From Atractiella rhizophila (taxonomy: Eukaryota): a stretch of 64,000 nucleotides of DNA. The position numbers and the translations under genes were made by a program. Below, piece after piece: positions 1 to 13,216 of the stretch. The first letter of the stretch is position 1; every line of letters starts with the position of its first letter. The stretch is from assembly GCA_021432655.1 (NCBI GenBank), contig MU271236.1, positions 1 through 64,000 on the forward strand, written 5' to 3'. The notes beneath the pieces were generated by a model that ran no database searches, was not told the origin of the DNA, and was given only the letters and a program-made list of their open reading frames with translations.

Positions 1-1841
1 CCCTAAGCCTTGCCTTTGATTGTCAAGTGATATATTACGCACACACAACCCTGTATGAACGAATCTCTTTCACAAAGGACATTTGAGCCAGAGTCGTCAT
101 GACCTCAAGGTCCATTTGGAAGCACGTGAGTCCAGCACATCTTCTACTCGCCACTAGCCGGATAGATCCTTGACTGACATCATTTCAGGATGTACACTTG
201 CCTGTGGAGGTACAGCAGATCCAAAGAAGTCACAAATCGCCTGCACGGACCCTCGAACTTTATTTAAGGTTCGAGGTTGACGGGAGAAGCTTCGAGAGGC
301 AGCTGCAGGGAGCTGAATTTCCCTCGTCGACTTAGCAAAGACGTTCCAGTTGATGGAAGGGTAATTGCAACCGGAGTTTCGAACCACTGATTGAGCTGAT
401 CTTCAGACTTCAAGAGTCAAGTTCAATGAAAATGACACAGACCTACCCACGAACATTCACATTTGCATTGAGTCCTTGCGGATGACATCCTCGTCTCCTC
501 TCAACAAAACCCAGGTCGATCATCCAAGATTTCTAATGAGATCCCGTAGCGGAAACGAGACTCCGAAATTTGGGGATAATGCTCTCGAAAATTGTTTTAA
601 AGGTACGTACCATTCCTACATCACGCTTTTACAGCTCTAAAACCTCTAGAAACTAACATCACCTCCGTCTTGAAGCTCTTCGAAGCTTGAACACGAAGAA
701 CGTAACAATAATCTCTTCTCAACTCTCTATCCTCCATAAAAGCAGCCACAATGTCTACACTACTCACCATCAACTCACACTCGATTCCTGCTTTGTCTTC
801 AGTTGCCAATCCACAGAACTACTACTCAGTCGAACAAATGGAGCCATCCTGGGTCGGGTAAGTAGCTAGTTCATCTGCCCGCATTGTACCCTGACTCTAG
901 GCCAGACAAATTACGAGCGAAAATGATGCTTTAGTCATAGTCGTGCGTTCTTCGATCTCACAGACAAGATGTCTCATTGACCCTTTGCAGATGGCCGCTT
1001 CTCAAGGTCTTTTAGGCCGCCTGACGGATTGTCCTTCAGTGGACGAGATGAGAGCCATGGCTTGGTCTGGTGAGATTCTGCTCACTCGTTAAGTTGACGC
1101 TGAAATTGGCGACAATAGGTGCTGTTTATGTGTATGTTATCTCTCAACTCAAGTTTCTCTTCTGAAACAGAAGTGGCAGTTGGGAACAGAACGAGGCGGA
1201 ATTTTCTAGATGGGCGGATGGACTCAATTGGCAGGTCTTCCCCCTTTTCTTTCATTCGTACTCTGATAATAGCTTGGAATCGTAGGGCATCTACACAGCG
1301 TCAAGGCTCCTTTACTATTAGCACTGTTGCTTCTCCAAATGTTTTATTTGGGGATATTCCTCTCATACTGATTCGCTGTAGGCATCAGCTTCTCCCGCTG
1401 GAAGCCGGTTCATGAAGCAACAAATTCGGTGCACGACATCTGATGGACATATTCTATATCTCGTGGCATATATTTCAACTCGTGAGCATCTTTCAAGCCG
1501 TGCTCCTGCTACAGCGCTAACCAGTGAATAGGTGACATTCCAACGGCGCAGAGGGTTGCGGATGACCCGCTTCTAGGTTCTATTCGTGTCCCTCCCGGTT
1601 TCTTCACCACTAGGGCGGTTTAAATTTGCAAGAAAGCGGCAATTTGGAAGATAGACGTATCAACGTTGCATGACTGCATGGGATTCATAACACTGAAAAG
1701 TTCATAGGATCATCCGTCATTTCTTTTCATTATGTAACCTCATCGTGCGCAGTGCACTTCAAACTCCAATATTGTTTCAATGGTTGTTTTGCAATACAAC
1801 ATTTCAGTTCACTCTATACATCACTGCTTCTCTACGACTTC

Positions 1842-3104
1842 TCAAGCATCTAAAGACTCCAAGGATGACCCAGCCTCATCGATATCCAGGACGCGCCAAC
1901 TTGCCTCAATCTGACTCGTCGCACCTGGCATGGGTGTATCTCGGAAAATGCCCACCACCGCTTCGCCTATCGCTTCAAAATTGTCCGTTGCAAGAGCGAG
2001 GATAGTTGGACCTGCACCGGAGAGACAGATGCCCAACAGTCCAGGAAGAGTGTCTGGGGAAAGCGATAGGATAATTGGAAGCGCTGGGATCTGTACAAAT
2101 AATTTCAGTTCTGGGACCTGAAGAAGCTCAAGACAAACGTACCAGGCCTGCGCGGAAGGGTTGGTGGAGACGATCCTGCATCCCTTCGTATATTACCGCT
2201 GCATTCGGTGGAGCAGTAGCGAGCGCAGTAGTCAACACTGCTAAGCGTTGAAGGTTGAAAACCTGCACATGTGTTGTCAACAGTTATGAGCAAGGATGGA
2301 GTAGAAGGACGGACTGTATCTGCCCTAGAGTATTGGGGTGGGAGGACATTTCTAGCTGCTGCCGTCGACACCTCAAATTTAGGAATTACAACTATGGCCT
2401 TAATAGCGTTGTTAATCTGGTATTTAACCCAGTTTCCAATCCTCCCCGGCGGAGCTGGAGGCTTTGGAATAAGGCCCCAACTCTCATTCGCGTCGCTCGG
2501 AAACTCGGGAAGGACTTCAGACAGGGGGACAGAGGTAGCAGAAATCTCTGAAGGGTTAAGAGAGCGGATGAAGGAGCCCACGAAACCGCCGAGAAGTGCA
2601 GCAGTAACGTTGTCTGGATGACGTTCCACCATGAGGGTGAAATCGAGCGCTCGAGAGCTCGAGAGAGATAGATCGCCAATGGCTGATGCAAGAAGGACAC
2701 CAGCGACTACCGCCGCGCCGGAGGAGCCCAGACCCCTCCCGAAGGGGATATCATTGGTCACGTCCACCTCGAGCTGAGTCTTTGTCGCTCTAGGAAGGTC
2801 AAAAAAGGACATGATACCATGACATCGAAGGACATAAAGTGCCACTCGTGTGATGAGGTTCTTGTAAGGATCGAGGGGAGCTTCTGAAGAGCCTTCGCCG
2901 CTATATCGCAGCACTGGATGAGACGGCTGCTCCATGGCGATTAACCGTATGTCAAGGGTGAGGTAAAGCTTGTAAGCCAGTCCAAGAACGTCAAATCCTG
3001 GCCCAATATTTGCTGAAGTGGCTGGTACACGTATTCGCCATCGTTTCTAAAACGCTTTGTTGAGAGCATTGCATGGGAAGCAGTGGACTCACTTCTGCTG
3101 TCAT
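1842..3104 (-). CDS. THR1: Homoserine kinase (GHMP kinase family), spliced
   Basis: ATG at 3104, a 12-nt first exon, then a GTGAGT..TAG intron (3047-3092). The spliced product contains RIRVPATSANIGPGFD, the GHMP motif IPFGRGLGSSGAA, ERHPDN and GICLSGAGPT. Stop at 1842. Confidence 0.95.
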
Positions 3105-3235
3105 TTTAGATTCCAGGCTATGCGGCAGCTTTAAGGTAAGATATATACACCTCTAATCGTTTCCTAGCCTGTACAGCTGCGAGAGAGAGACTGAGGTGAA
3201 GAGATTGATCGAGTCGAGGAGGTTCCTACTGATTG

Positions 3236-3242
3236 TGACTCA
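3236..3242. promoter_or_regulatory. Perfect Gcn4/CPC-1-type site (TGACTCA) in the divergent THR1/permease promoter
   Basis: Exact TGACTCA about 130 bp upstream of the THR1 ATG; a CACGTG E-box lies at 3302-3307. Both flanking genes are amino-acid related. Motif match only. Confidence 0.4.
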
Positions 3243-3674
3243 CGTCAGAAAGCTGAAGGAGCTTTAGGGGCTTCGTGGTTTTGGTTTCCTTGGCCCCTCA
3301 TCACGTGAGACCCTCTTGGAGTCCTCACTCTGTCTGTCTTACAAGAACCTAGTTCGGGCTGTATTACTTCTGCTGTGAGAAGTACATCAGCTGATGAGAG
3401 CCCACAGCTGCTCAACTTGAAAGCATTACAATAAAGTTCTCCTCCACCGGATCGCGTTCAACGGTCCCCGACTTTGTAAACTTTATGGGCTCATGCTCTT
3501 AGTGCAGCCTTATCATCATGCGCTCTGTTCATCCATCAATTAACTCTGTGCTTCGGATGTGGACTTCCGAAGATAAGCATTATGGACCTTTTAAAACACT
3601 TCCTCTGTTCCCTCCCTACCTCTCCTCTCCGGTTTCCGACCTAGTTCGCATTTTGGAGTGATTGCAGTTTGGAA

Positions 3675-6336
3675 ATGTCACACGACACGGATAAAAAGGC
3701 TGTTATTACAGATGATGAAGCTGAGCTTGCTCGGTTGGGATACAAGCAGGAGTTGAAGAGGGATTGGTCTTTGTTGTGCGTTTCCTCATTCTTCTCTATC
3801 CTTCTCTACTTGCTCCTTGATTCTCTTTTCATTCTCGCTCGCTTCATATTCTATTTCGAAATCTAAAAGATGTAGTAAACTAACATTTGATTGGAGGGCA
3901 GGCAAAACTTTGGCGTCTCCTTCTCAATCATCTCCGTTATCAGTGTGCCCGCCTCTCTTCCTCATTCTCTCCATACTGACCAAACCAATAGCGGGGATAT
4001 CAACTCTCTTCCTCTATGGTCTCACAACCGGCGGACCAGGTCTGTCCCTTACTTTTCCTTCGATGATGAGAGGCTAACCTGTCTGCAAACTGCAATGAAG
4101 CGGTAATGTCGATAAGCTGGATAATCGTCGCCTTCTTCACTCTCATCGTCGGACTGGCGATGGCTGAGATCTGTTCTTCCATTCCTACTTCTGGAGGTCC
4201 ATACTGTTCGCGTCTCTCCTTTCTCCTTTTCCAGATACACTCTGAGGAATACTTTGCGTGGTGTGCAACAGTTTGGTCTGCCATGCTCGCATCCCCAGGA
4301 CAGTCCGCGATTGCAGCTTGGATCACAGGATGGTTTAATGTCTGTCTTTCTTGCCTTCGCCTGGAGTTCGTGCTCATGTCTCGGGTACAGCTTTTAGGAC
4401 AAGTTGCAGTGACCACTGGGATATCTTAGTATGTCGCTGGCTATACCAGCATTGAGGATGCTGAGAAGAGGTTATAGTGGATGCTCCAACTTCATCGCAA
4501 CAACCGCGGTATGCTTTACTCTCACCATCGAGCCGCCCGCTTGTCTGACTATTTTGTGCATGATATAGACACTAGTACGTCTTACTATTATGATTTCGCA
4601 GAGTGCAAGCATTGAGGGATGGATAGCATACCGGATTTGAGCCTAACAGTAGACATGTCATTGGTATTTATGCAGGAGTACTGGTCACGCAAGGTGCTCT
4701 CCCTGCATCCTTCCCAACTCTTCCTCCTTCACTAAACTGACTCCGTCCTGGATGAAAAGGATTAATCAACACCTTCGGCGTCCACCTCCTCAAATACCTC
4801 AACAACGCTTCCGTCGTGTTCCACAGCGCCGGCATATTCAGTATCGCTGTTGCGGTCCTGGCGAAAGCTCCAAAGCTTCAAAGTGCTAGCTTCGTGTTTG
4901 GGAAGTTTGTTGATGCGACTGGAGTTGGAGAAGACGGAGTGGGATGGGGAAAGCGGGCCAGCAAGGCTTATGTGGCAGTCATAGGTATGACCCTCTCCCC
5001 TCTCTTCCATCTCTGTCAAGAGAAACAGAGGCTTATGTGATGTCGGATAGGTATCCTCGTTGCTCAGTACACCATGACCGGCTTCGATGCCTCCGCTCAC
5101 CTTTCAGAAGAAACACATAACGCTGCCCTTCGCGCTCCGCAAGGGATTATCATCTCCATCCTCTGTTCAGCTGTCTTCGGATGGTTCCTCCTCCTCTCCC
5201 TCCTCTTCTCCATTCAGAACCTCGATGGCGTTCTAAATAGCGCAACCGGTCAGCCCGTCGCACAGATTTACATTGATGCAGTAGGCACCAATGGTGCGAT
5301 TGCTATGCTCACGGTCACAAGTTCGTTACCCCCCTTCTCGTTGTTGCTTTGGAGAGAGCGCATTCTGACAAAAGTGACTGACAGTCATTTGCATGTATCT
5401 CTGCGGAACTTTCTCCATCACATCCAACAGTCGAATGATGTATGCTTTCTCAAGAGATGGAGCTCTTCCTCTCAGCCGATTCTGGCACCATGTAGACGAG
5501 AAGCGTAAAAGCCCAATTCGCACAGGTTTGTTTTTCGCTCATCCTAGGTATCGTTGAGTCCAAGTTCAAACGTGACTTTAATGGATAGTGTGGCTCGCCG
5601 TCCTGCTCTCATTCTGCCTCGGACTCCCATCCCTTGGTTCTGCCGTCGCCTTCTCAGCTGCGACTTCAATAGCTACATCTGGACTGTACATTTCTTACGG
5701 TGCTTCTTCTCCCTATCGATTCCGCCTTGATCCACCGCTGAGTTGATTATGATTGGGCTACTAGTGATACCTGTAGCGTTCAGGATGATTGAGCGCAAAA
5801 ATTTTAAGAAGGGTCCTTTCCATTTGGGGAGAATGAGTATGCCAGTCGCTTTCGTGGCTATTGCATGGGTGTGTTTCATAACCATCGTCTTTGTCTTGTG
5901 CGTCTTTATCTCCGTTTATCAAATCTTCTCGTTGAATGATTGTGGCGTCGTTAAAAAGGCCAGAACTCAATCCCATCACATCACAAACGCGTCCGTTTCA
6001 TCTCCTCCTCCATCAAATATTGCTGATTCGCAATGATTCGCGAACGTTGTCACACTAACTGCAGTCAATTATACGCCTGTTGCTTGTGGCGCTATCCTTG
6101 TTGGCTCTCTCATCTGGTGGTTCCTTGATGCCAGGAAATGGTTCAAGGGCCCAATACGGCAGATCGAAGCTGAGAGACTCGTGCGTCCTTTTCACATCCT
6201 TTTTTGAAGGCAACAGCGTTGATCCATACTTTGGCTCTAGGGAATTGATATAACCGAGCCTGGAGCGTTAGAAAAAGCGGAGAGAGAGGGAAGGTTGGGA
6301 AAAGAGGATAGCGTGAGTGAGGAGAAAGCAGCTTAA
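3675..6336 (+). CDS. APC-superfamily amino acid/GABA-polyamine permease (UGA4/TPO5-like), many exons
   Basis: LARLGYKQELKR, NFGVSFSII, LAMAEICSSIPTSGGPY(F)WS, GFDASAHLSEET, SNSRMMYAFSRDG and GPFHLG are spread over short exons. Stop TAA at 6334-6336. Confidence 0.9.
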
Positions 6337-9300
6337 TCCCGTTAGAGTGGTAAGTTCTCGTTCAATTCTCAGAGGAGTTTGAGAAGAGCTTGAGCGGTGG
6401 AACAGTTTTATGTCTTGGGATTCAAGGATGGGTTTGGAGCGTCTCTACCTTCAACTCTGTGCTCCTATCGGTGCAATACACCTCTTAATTTCTCGTTTCT
6501 GATATTTTGCGTCCCCGAAAGTATAGAATCATCGAAGTGTGATCGCGTCCGAACATTGCCTCAATATGTCTCAAGGATTGCAAATGCAGCAAGGAATGCG
6601 AACGCATTGTTTGTTTATTGCCTCCTTGTTTTGCCGCAGCAAACCTTCTATGCAATAAGGTTGGTCATATCGAAATCATTCCAAGTTTGCCGTTGGTATT
6701 GGACACTTGAACCAACTTGAACCTGAGCGCTTGAACTTGAAGAATAAACCAGATTTGCGCGGTGAGAACGTGGTGAGAACGTGCTACTCGTGCATCCTAC
6801 AGAGACAAGAGGTGCGTCTGATTCCACTTTGCCAAACTAACTTGGAGCTTTCATAGTCTTGGTTGACAGAGTATTCAAGGTAAGAATTGTTTCTAATGGA
6901 AATGTTTATGTAGAAACCGAGAAATCGGTCTGTTTTTGCCGTGTACGACCCGGAGGAGGGTCTAGTGAATGAAAATCAACCTCAGTAGAAGAAACTGAAG
7001 ACTTTGCGCCGCGTTCAAACGCGTCATTTAATATTTAAGCTGTTGTGAAGGTGGAAATATACTAGGACGTTTCGTTCTCTTTCTGTATCACTACGCGTTG
7101 CTGTTCACTTCGCTTGACGGAAGGCACGAGAGCGTTGAATGCTTCAGGTGATGAGAAGCGTACAATTGAAGCGGGGAGAAGATGTGTGAACAGAAATTCA
7201 GTGTTTGGATTCTCACTCTGATGGCCCCCTGCTGCTTCCTCCTGGAATATACGCTCACATTCTATCTCTGAAGCAAGGAAAACGGAAGATGCGGTTTCGA
7301 ACAGAAGTCTCAAACATCCAAACCTTTACACGTGTGTCCTTGTCCCTTCCTCCTTCATATATGGAGACGTCGATTGAAATGAAATGAAACTTACAGGTCT
7401 TGTCGGATCCCTCGTACCTTTCTCTCCTGACGCTGCAATTCTCAAACTCACTCCTTCCAAGGTCTGCCTCGGCCCATGGTCCCACTGCTTCCGCGTCTTT
7501 CTAGGCAGTATCGCTGATCGTTGGGCCATGATAGATTCACTTGATTTGTGCCTCGCCATCCGGGACTGGTTTAAATGATGAAGAAGAGGACGAACTCGAG
7601 AGGTTCCAGGGAGAGAGCGTGAGGGGAGGAGGTGGGGGTTGTCAAGTATGGAGGTCAGTCTCTTTACTCTTGTCTCCCCCTCTCGCTTCCTGGCTTTTAT
7701 TAATTTTCTCTTGTGACGGGTTGGATGGATAACAAGTAATATCAACGAATCACTCATCTTCTCCGATTATCGAATAGAATCGAACAACCAAAATGAGATA
7801 TACTTGGAGATTCAATCGCTTGACTCTATGCACGTACGACGTCTATATCATCATTCTGCACTTGATTCTTGTAAACTGAGGAAGCGAATAGCGAGCTCTG
7901 AAGTCAGCTGCCGAAGCTTCATGGCTCATAATGCGACTGTGCAAAAAGGGAGGGAAACCGATACTCTCCCTAGATATCAGAGTAGCGGTGCGTCACCCTC
8001 CGCTGTATCCCTCAATTGCGTCTTTCTTGGTTTCCATGCCTCATTCTGACCTAATATTGGCACGGGAAAACAGACGATGTCAAATCGCGAGACTCTGATT
8101 GTCCAAGATATCGCAATAAAAGTCCTGAAGCCATCGGAGATGAATTCTTTTACCGAACCATTGTGCCCAGAACCCCCGGTGCTTCCCTCTCTCCTATTCC
8201 ACTCACCGCCGCAAAGAACAAGGAAGTTAGTGCTGACGGTCTGCTGTGTCATGGGCTGAATCGTAGGTCTATATCGTACTCCCGCCTCTCGAGAGCATGA
8301 AATCGGTAATCGAGAGACTGAAAAACTTGGATGGCAAGATTCGCATACGAATGAACCGCGCCGGCGAGCTGCGGTGCGCCGCTCTTTGACTCTTCTAACA
8401 TTTCTGGAATCGAAATTGATGTATAGTTGGCGATAGGTTAAAGACGGTTTGTGACCCAGCCGTCATTGAGGTGGAATGGCGAGGGTGCAACAACCCCAAT
8501 CTCGGTGCGTCGCCTTCAATGGAGAATGAACGCTGTCGTGAAGCGGGAAATAGCGGCTGAAGAGGATGAGGAGACAAGAAGAGCGAGGGAAGAAGAGCCG
8601 CCTAATACTTTTCATTCGGTGTCCATCGCGAGTAAGAATCTCGCCAGATTCTTAACCAGTTATGCAATGGGGAAGGTGTGCATTGCCTGTGCGTTTCTCC
8701 ACCAACTTTCCAGTCATATCGAGACGACATAACTGTTGGTATAACAGGTGTATGTCCGGGACACTCTGTCATCTTCTACGTCTATATTGGCAGTTTCAGA
8801 AACCCTGGAGGTATTATGACTTTCTATGTGCCTGCGTTTGACGATGAAGATGATGAATGACTTATTCTGTTTCTCTTATCCCCTCTTATCCTTTTCTCTT
8901 CTGTATGTTGGCAGTAATGCTAGTGATATGGAAGTCTATAATGAGAATTGTTAGATGTTTTCCGAACCGATCAGCCGATCAGCGCCAATAATGAGTACAT
9001 ATCCTTGCATTCTTATAATCACATTTATTACTCAATCACAACCTCGTTTGAGGTGAGTTGACGAACAAAGAATATTAGATGATGCTTGAACGACAGGAGA
9101 CGTACATGTGCCATGCGTCGTACGGACCGGGAGGATTCTCTGTGGAATCAGCACCGCCGCTCCCAATCCGCAAAGGAATCAAGGGTGGACAAAGGTTTGC
9201 TTTGCTCAGGCAAGAAGCGAGCTGCAGAGGTAGAGTAAGTTACACTTTCTTACTTTTTTGCAAGACTAGCTGAGACAAGCCTTTTGGTAGAAACTCAAGG

Positions 9301-9501
9301 TTGAACCGGGAGTCACGACATTGTGAGAGTTGGGAAGGACCGCCAAGGACTGTAAGTCACCTTGAAGGCTTTATCCTCGGTTCGACGGTAAACGTTTGAG
9401 GACTTTTCTGCGATAAAGCCAAACAGGCGCCTTGAAGTTCCTGGGGACACCAAATCCACGCTCATTTTCTGCATTCGCTAATCCAGATCTTATCTTGCAA
9501 G

Positions 9502-12500
9502 ATGTCGAATTCTTCACCATCCCCTCGAACTCGCCTACGCCTCCTCCTCCTCCTTTTCATCCTTCTCTCTTCCCCCGACTTCCACTCCCGCCGAGTCTCC
9601 AGCTCATTAGCTCAAGCAGCGCCGACGGAGCAGGACGCTACCGTCTCACACCTTCTGGCCCGAGGCATGGACGGAGTGGGTAGCGCTAGCGAGCTGGAGA
9701 AAAGGTCATGGAACTTTGGTTCCTTTTTTTCATCTAACTGGCACACGAACGACGAGGGGGGAGATGAGAACGACGTGGACAACCTAGTCGACGGTGAGAC
9801 CGGGAATAAGGCGACATCGTTGAAGGGTTTGTTTCTAAGCTTAGCCCGTGGATCGTCACTCACCGATTGATTGGGATACAGAGGATGTGACCCAGACGGG
9901 AGACTCAGGGGACTCGGGGGACGGTTCGAAAGGAGATTCTGGTTCGAGTTCAGGAGGCGATTCGAAGGGTGGTGATGGATTCTTCACCATCCCCTCGAAC
10001 TCGCCTACGCCTCCTCCTCCTCCTTTTCATCCTTCTCTCTTCCCCCGACTTCCACTCCCGCCGAGTCTCCAGCTCATTAGCTCAAGCAGCGCCGACGGAG
10101 CAGGACGCTACCGTCTCACACCTTCTGGCCCGAGGCATGGACGGAGTGGGTAGCGCTAGCGAGCTGGAGAAAAGGTCATGGAACTTTGGTTCCTTTTTTT
10201 CATCTAACTGGCACACGAACGACGAGGGGGGAGATGAGAACGACGTGGACAACCTAGTCGACGGTGAGACCGGGAATAAGGCGACATCGTTGAAGGGTTT
10301 GTTTCTAAGCTTAACCCGTGGATCGTCACTCACCGATTGATTGGGATACAGAGGATGTGACCCAGACGGGAGACTCAGGGGACTCGGGGGACGGTTCGAA
10401 AGGAGATTCTGGTTCGAGTTCAGGAGGCGATTCGAAGGGTGGTGATGGGAATGGAAATTCGGGTGGAGACGGGAAAGGAGATTCATCATCCAACGGCGAC
10501 GGAAAGGGAAACTCGTCCTCCAATGATGATGGAAAGGGAGACTCTTCATCCGGCTCTTCAGGCGGCGACGGTAAAGGTGGCTCGTCTTCGAGTGGCGATG
10601 GGAAAGGAGATTCATCTTCGAGCGGAGATGGGAAGGGAGATTCGTCATCCAGTTCTTCGGGTGGTGATGGCAAAGGTGATTCCTCTAGCGGAGATGGAAA
10701 GGGGGACTCATCATCTTCATCCGGTTCCTCTGGTGGGGATGGAAAGGGAGATTCTTCCGGTGGGGATGGAAAGGGAGACTCCTCGTCTTCATCTGGTTCT
10801 TCTGGCGGAGGTGGGAAGGGAGATTCTTCAGGCAGTGATGGCAAAGGAGATTCCTCTAGTGGAGATGGAAAAGGAGACTCCTCGTCCGGTTCCTCCGGTG
10901 GAGATGGCAAGGGAGATTCGTCAAATGGCGATGGGAAGGGTGACTCTTCTAGTGGTGATGGAAAGGGAGACTCATCCTCCGGTTCTTCAGGCGGTGATGG
11001 AAAAGGAGATTCTTCCTCAGGTGGAGATTCAAGTGATGGCAAGGATAACTCTTCTAGCGGCGATGGTAAAGGCGACTCTTCCTCAGGTGGCAATGGGCAG
11101 GGTGGCTCCTCGTCGGGTAGTGAAGGGAAAGGAGACTCTGGGGATGGCGATGGCAAGGACGACTCATCTGGCAGCGGGAACGGTTCTGGCTCGGGAGGTG
11201 ATGGGTCAAGTGACTCTAGTCAAGGGAATGGAGGTGGTGACGGGAAGGGAGATGACGGAGGAGATCAAGGCATCATTCCTTCCATTATATCTGCCCTTTT
11301 TCCCACGACCTCGCAGGGATCGAAAGATGACTCCCCGACCACCAAACACACATCCAGTCCGAAGCCTACCAGTACAACAGATGATGATGATGACCCCCCT
11401 ACCAAGACAACTTCGAAAGATGGAACGCAGACGACGACGTCGAAAGATGATACAGGAGCATCGCCGACTACGACGAAGAACTCGCAAACGACTTCGTCCA
11501 AGCATTCCACCACCACGTTGAGTGAGGATCAAGGTATTTTGCCATCGATCATCTCAGCGCTCTTTCCAACCACCAAAGCATCGGATGAACCGTCTCCCAC
11601 CAAAACGTCCAAAACAGCTTCGCCTACCACAACGAAGGACGACGACGGGACTACGTCCTCCATTCCCGACGATGCTCCAACCGCGACTTCAAAACAGCCC
11701 CAAACCACAAGTAAAGGATCGGAGACGACGGATGGGAAGACTGCTTCGACTTCTACGTCCACATCAACTTTATCTTGGATTGGAATCCCCATTCCCACAG
11801 GTCAGACCTCAACATCAAACCCTTATTCTGCTTCCTATTCTCCTACCAGCACACATTCCACCTCAACAACGCTCAGGTGGGGAGGGGAAGACCCTTTCAC
11901 TTCGAGTGCACATACTTCTTCCTATCCGTCTAACTCTCCTTCTTCCTATTCTGGCTCAAATTCAGATTCAGTGACATTTGGCTCCATTCAACCTCCGGGG
12001 ACCTCTCCTTCTCCACGTCCCACCGGAACTGCCACTACCACCAGCTCCGTCATCTTTGGTTCAATACAGAACCCATGGGATATACTTACCCTAACGCGGA
12101 CAGAAACTAGCACCACGGCACTACCTGGGACACGGAACGTGAGCGTTGTATACTATGTCCCCACCCAACAAGGGTACAACGGTATCCCAGGTGCTCTCCA
12201 AAACACCCCTACTAGCTCAGGTTCACTACCCAACTCCTTCGTCAACAATGGCCTTTCTGTTGACAGTGGGAAGACTAGCGCTCCGGCATCGACATTTGTC
12301 CCAAATCCAGCAGCAACAAGAACAGCCAAGAATGGAGATGGCGACCAGGGAAGTACCGCCATCCCTCCAATGACTGGTGTGACACATCAGATCGCAGTCT
12401 CAGATATGGCTGGGGATTTGATTTTCGATCCTCCCTCGGTGAATGCAACCCCTGGGGATCTGGTCGAATTCGTGTTTATGTATGTGGACTGGGGGAGTGC

Positions 12501-13216
12501 GCTTTCGAACTCAACGGGAGGGTCGGGGAAGAATACGGATGGGTCCGGTGATGCGTTGCAGATGAGGGACTGGGCAGTGACACAGAGCGATTTTTGGACC
12601 CCATGCACTTCGCTCAAGGGAGGGTTTGATTCTGGATTCTGGGTGAAAGGCAACTCCAAATTCGAGGGAATCGATCACCACTATAACGCATCCTCACCGT
12701 TCACATCCTTCTCGAACTCCAATGCTCCAACCTCCGTAACAAGCCTTAATCAAAGCGGGACAACAACATCATCACCACCCACGACTACAATTGTAGGCAC
12801 TTCAGGTGGGACAACCACCAACGGCAATTCCACAACCATAGCTGGAAGAAGGACATATTCTATCATGATCGTTGACAACTCCCCTCTCTGGTTCTACTGT
12901 CGACTGAATACGACGGAGCAGACTGCTTGCAAGAGTGGAATGGGTATGTTTTCCTTTCTTTGCCCTTCGCAATGCTGACCTTAGATGCCAAACAGTTGGC
13001 GCCATCAATGCTCCTAGTACGTCCTATTTACTATCCTCATCTCGAGCTAATCAACGGACTGTGGTACTAGCGACGGGCATGACATACACGTCTTTCATTA
13101 ACATGGCGAAAGGTACTGGAGATACCCCAACGCCTGATTCCTCTTCGACAAACACTGCAGCTTCAACATCAATAGTAGCTTTTATCTTTGGCTTAATGCT
13201 CTTACCCTATCTTTAA
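9502..13216 (+). CDS. Secreted/GPI-anchored Gly-Ser-Asp- and Ser/Thr-rich cell-surface protein with a C-terminal cupredoxin-like domain (5' end tandemly duplicated)
   Basis: Signal peptide (RLRLLLLLFILLS), Kex2-like LEKR and GDGKGDSSS repeats. The segment FDPPSVNATPGDLVEFVF..VTQS..PC..GFDSGF..PLWFYC..C..GM(V)GAIN is typical of fungal extracellular serine-rich cupredoxin-like proteins. The C-terminus is hydrophobic. Confidence 0.8.
9509..10448. repeat. Direct tandem duplication, 2 x 470 bp (9509-9978 / 9979-10448)
   Basis: The copies are identical except for one visible intronic substitution (ttagccc/ttaaccc). Confidence 0.95.
10440..11262 (+). repeat. Coding low-complexity minisatellite (GDGKGDSSS-type units)
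   Basis: About 20 imperfect GGxGATGGxAAxGGxGAxTC units in one open frame. Confidence 0.9.

Noticed and set aside
1..1500. Possible gene fragments at the window start
   Set aside because: Only short ORFs with no identifiable family.
6900..8900. Several short ORFs and splice-like signals
   Set aside because: No coherent gene model, recognisable domain or terminal repeats were found.
10326..11156. 276-aa Pro/Glu/Ser-rich minus-strand ORF and overlapping alternative-frame ORFs
   Set aside because: They are shadows of the GDGKGDSS coding repeat.
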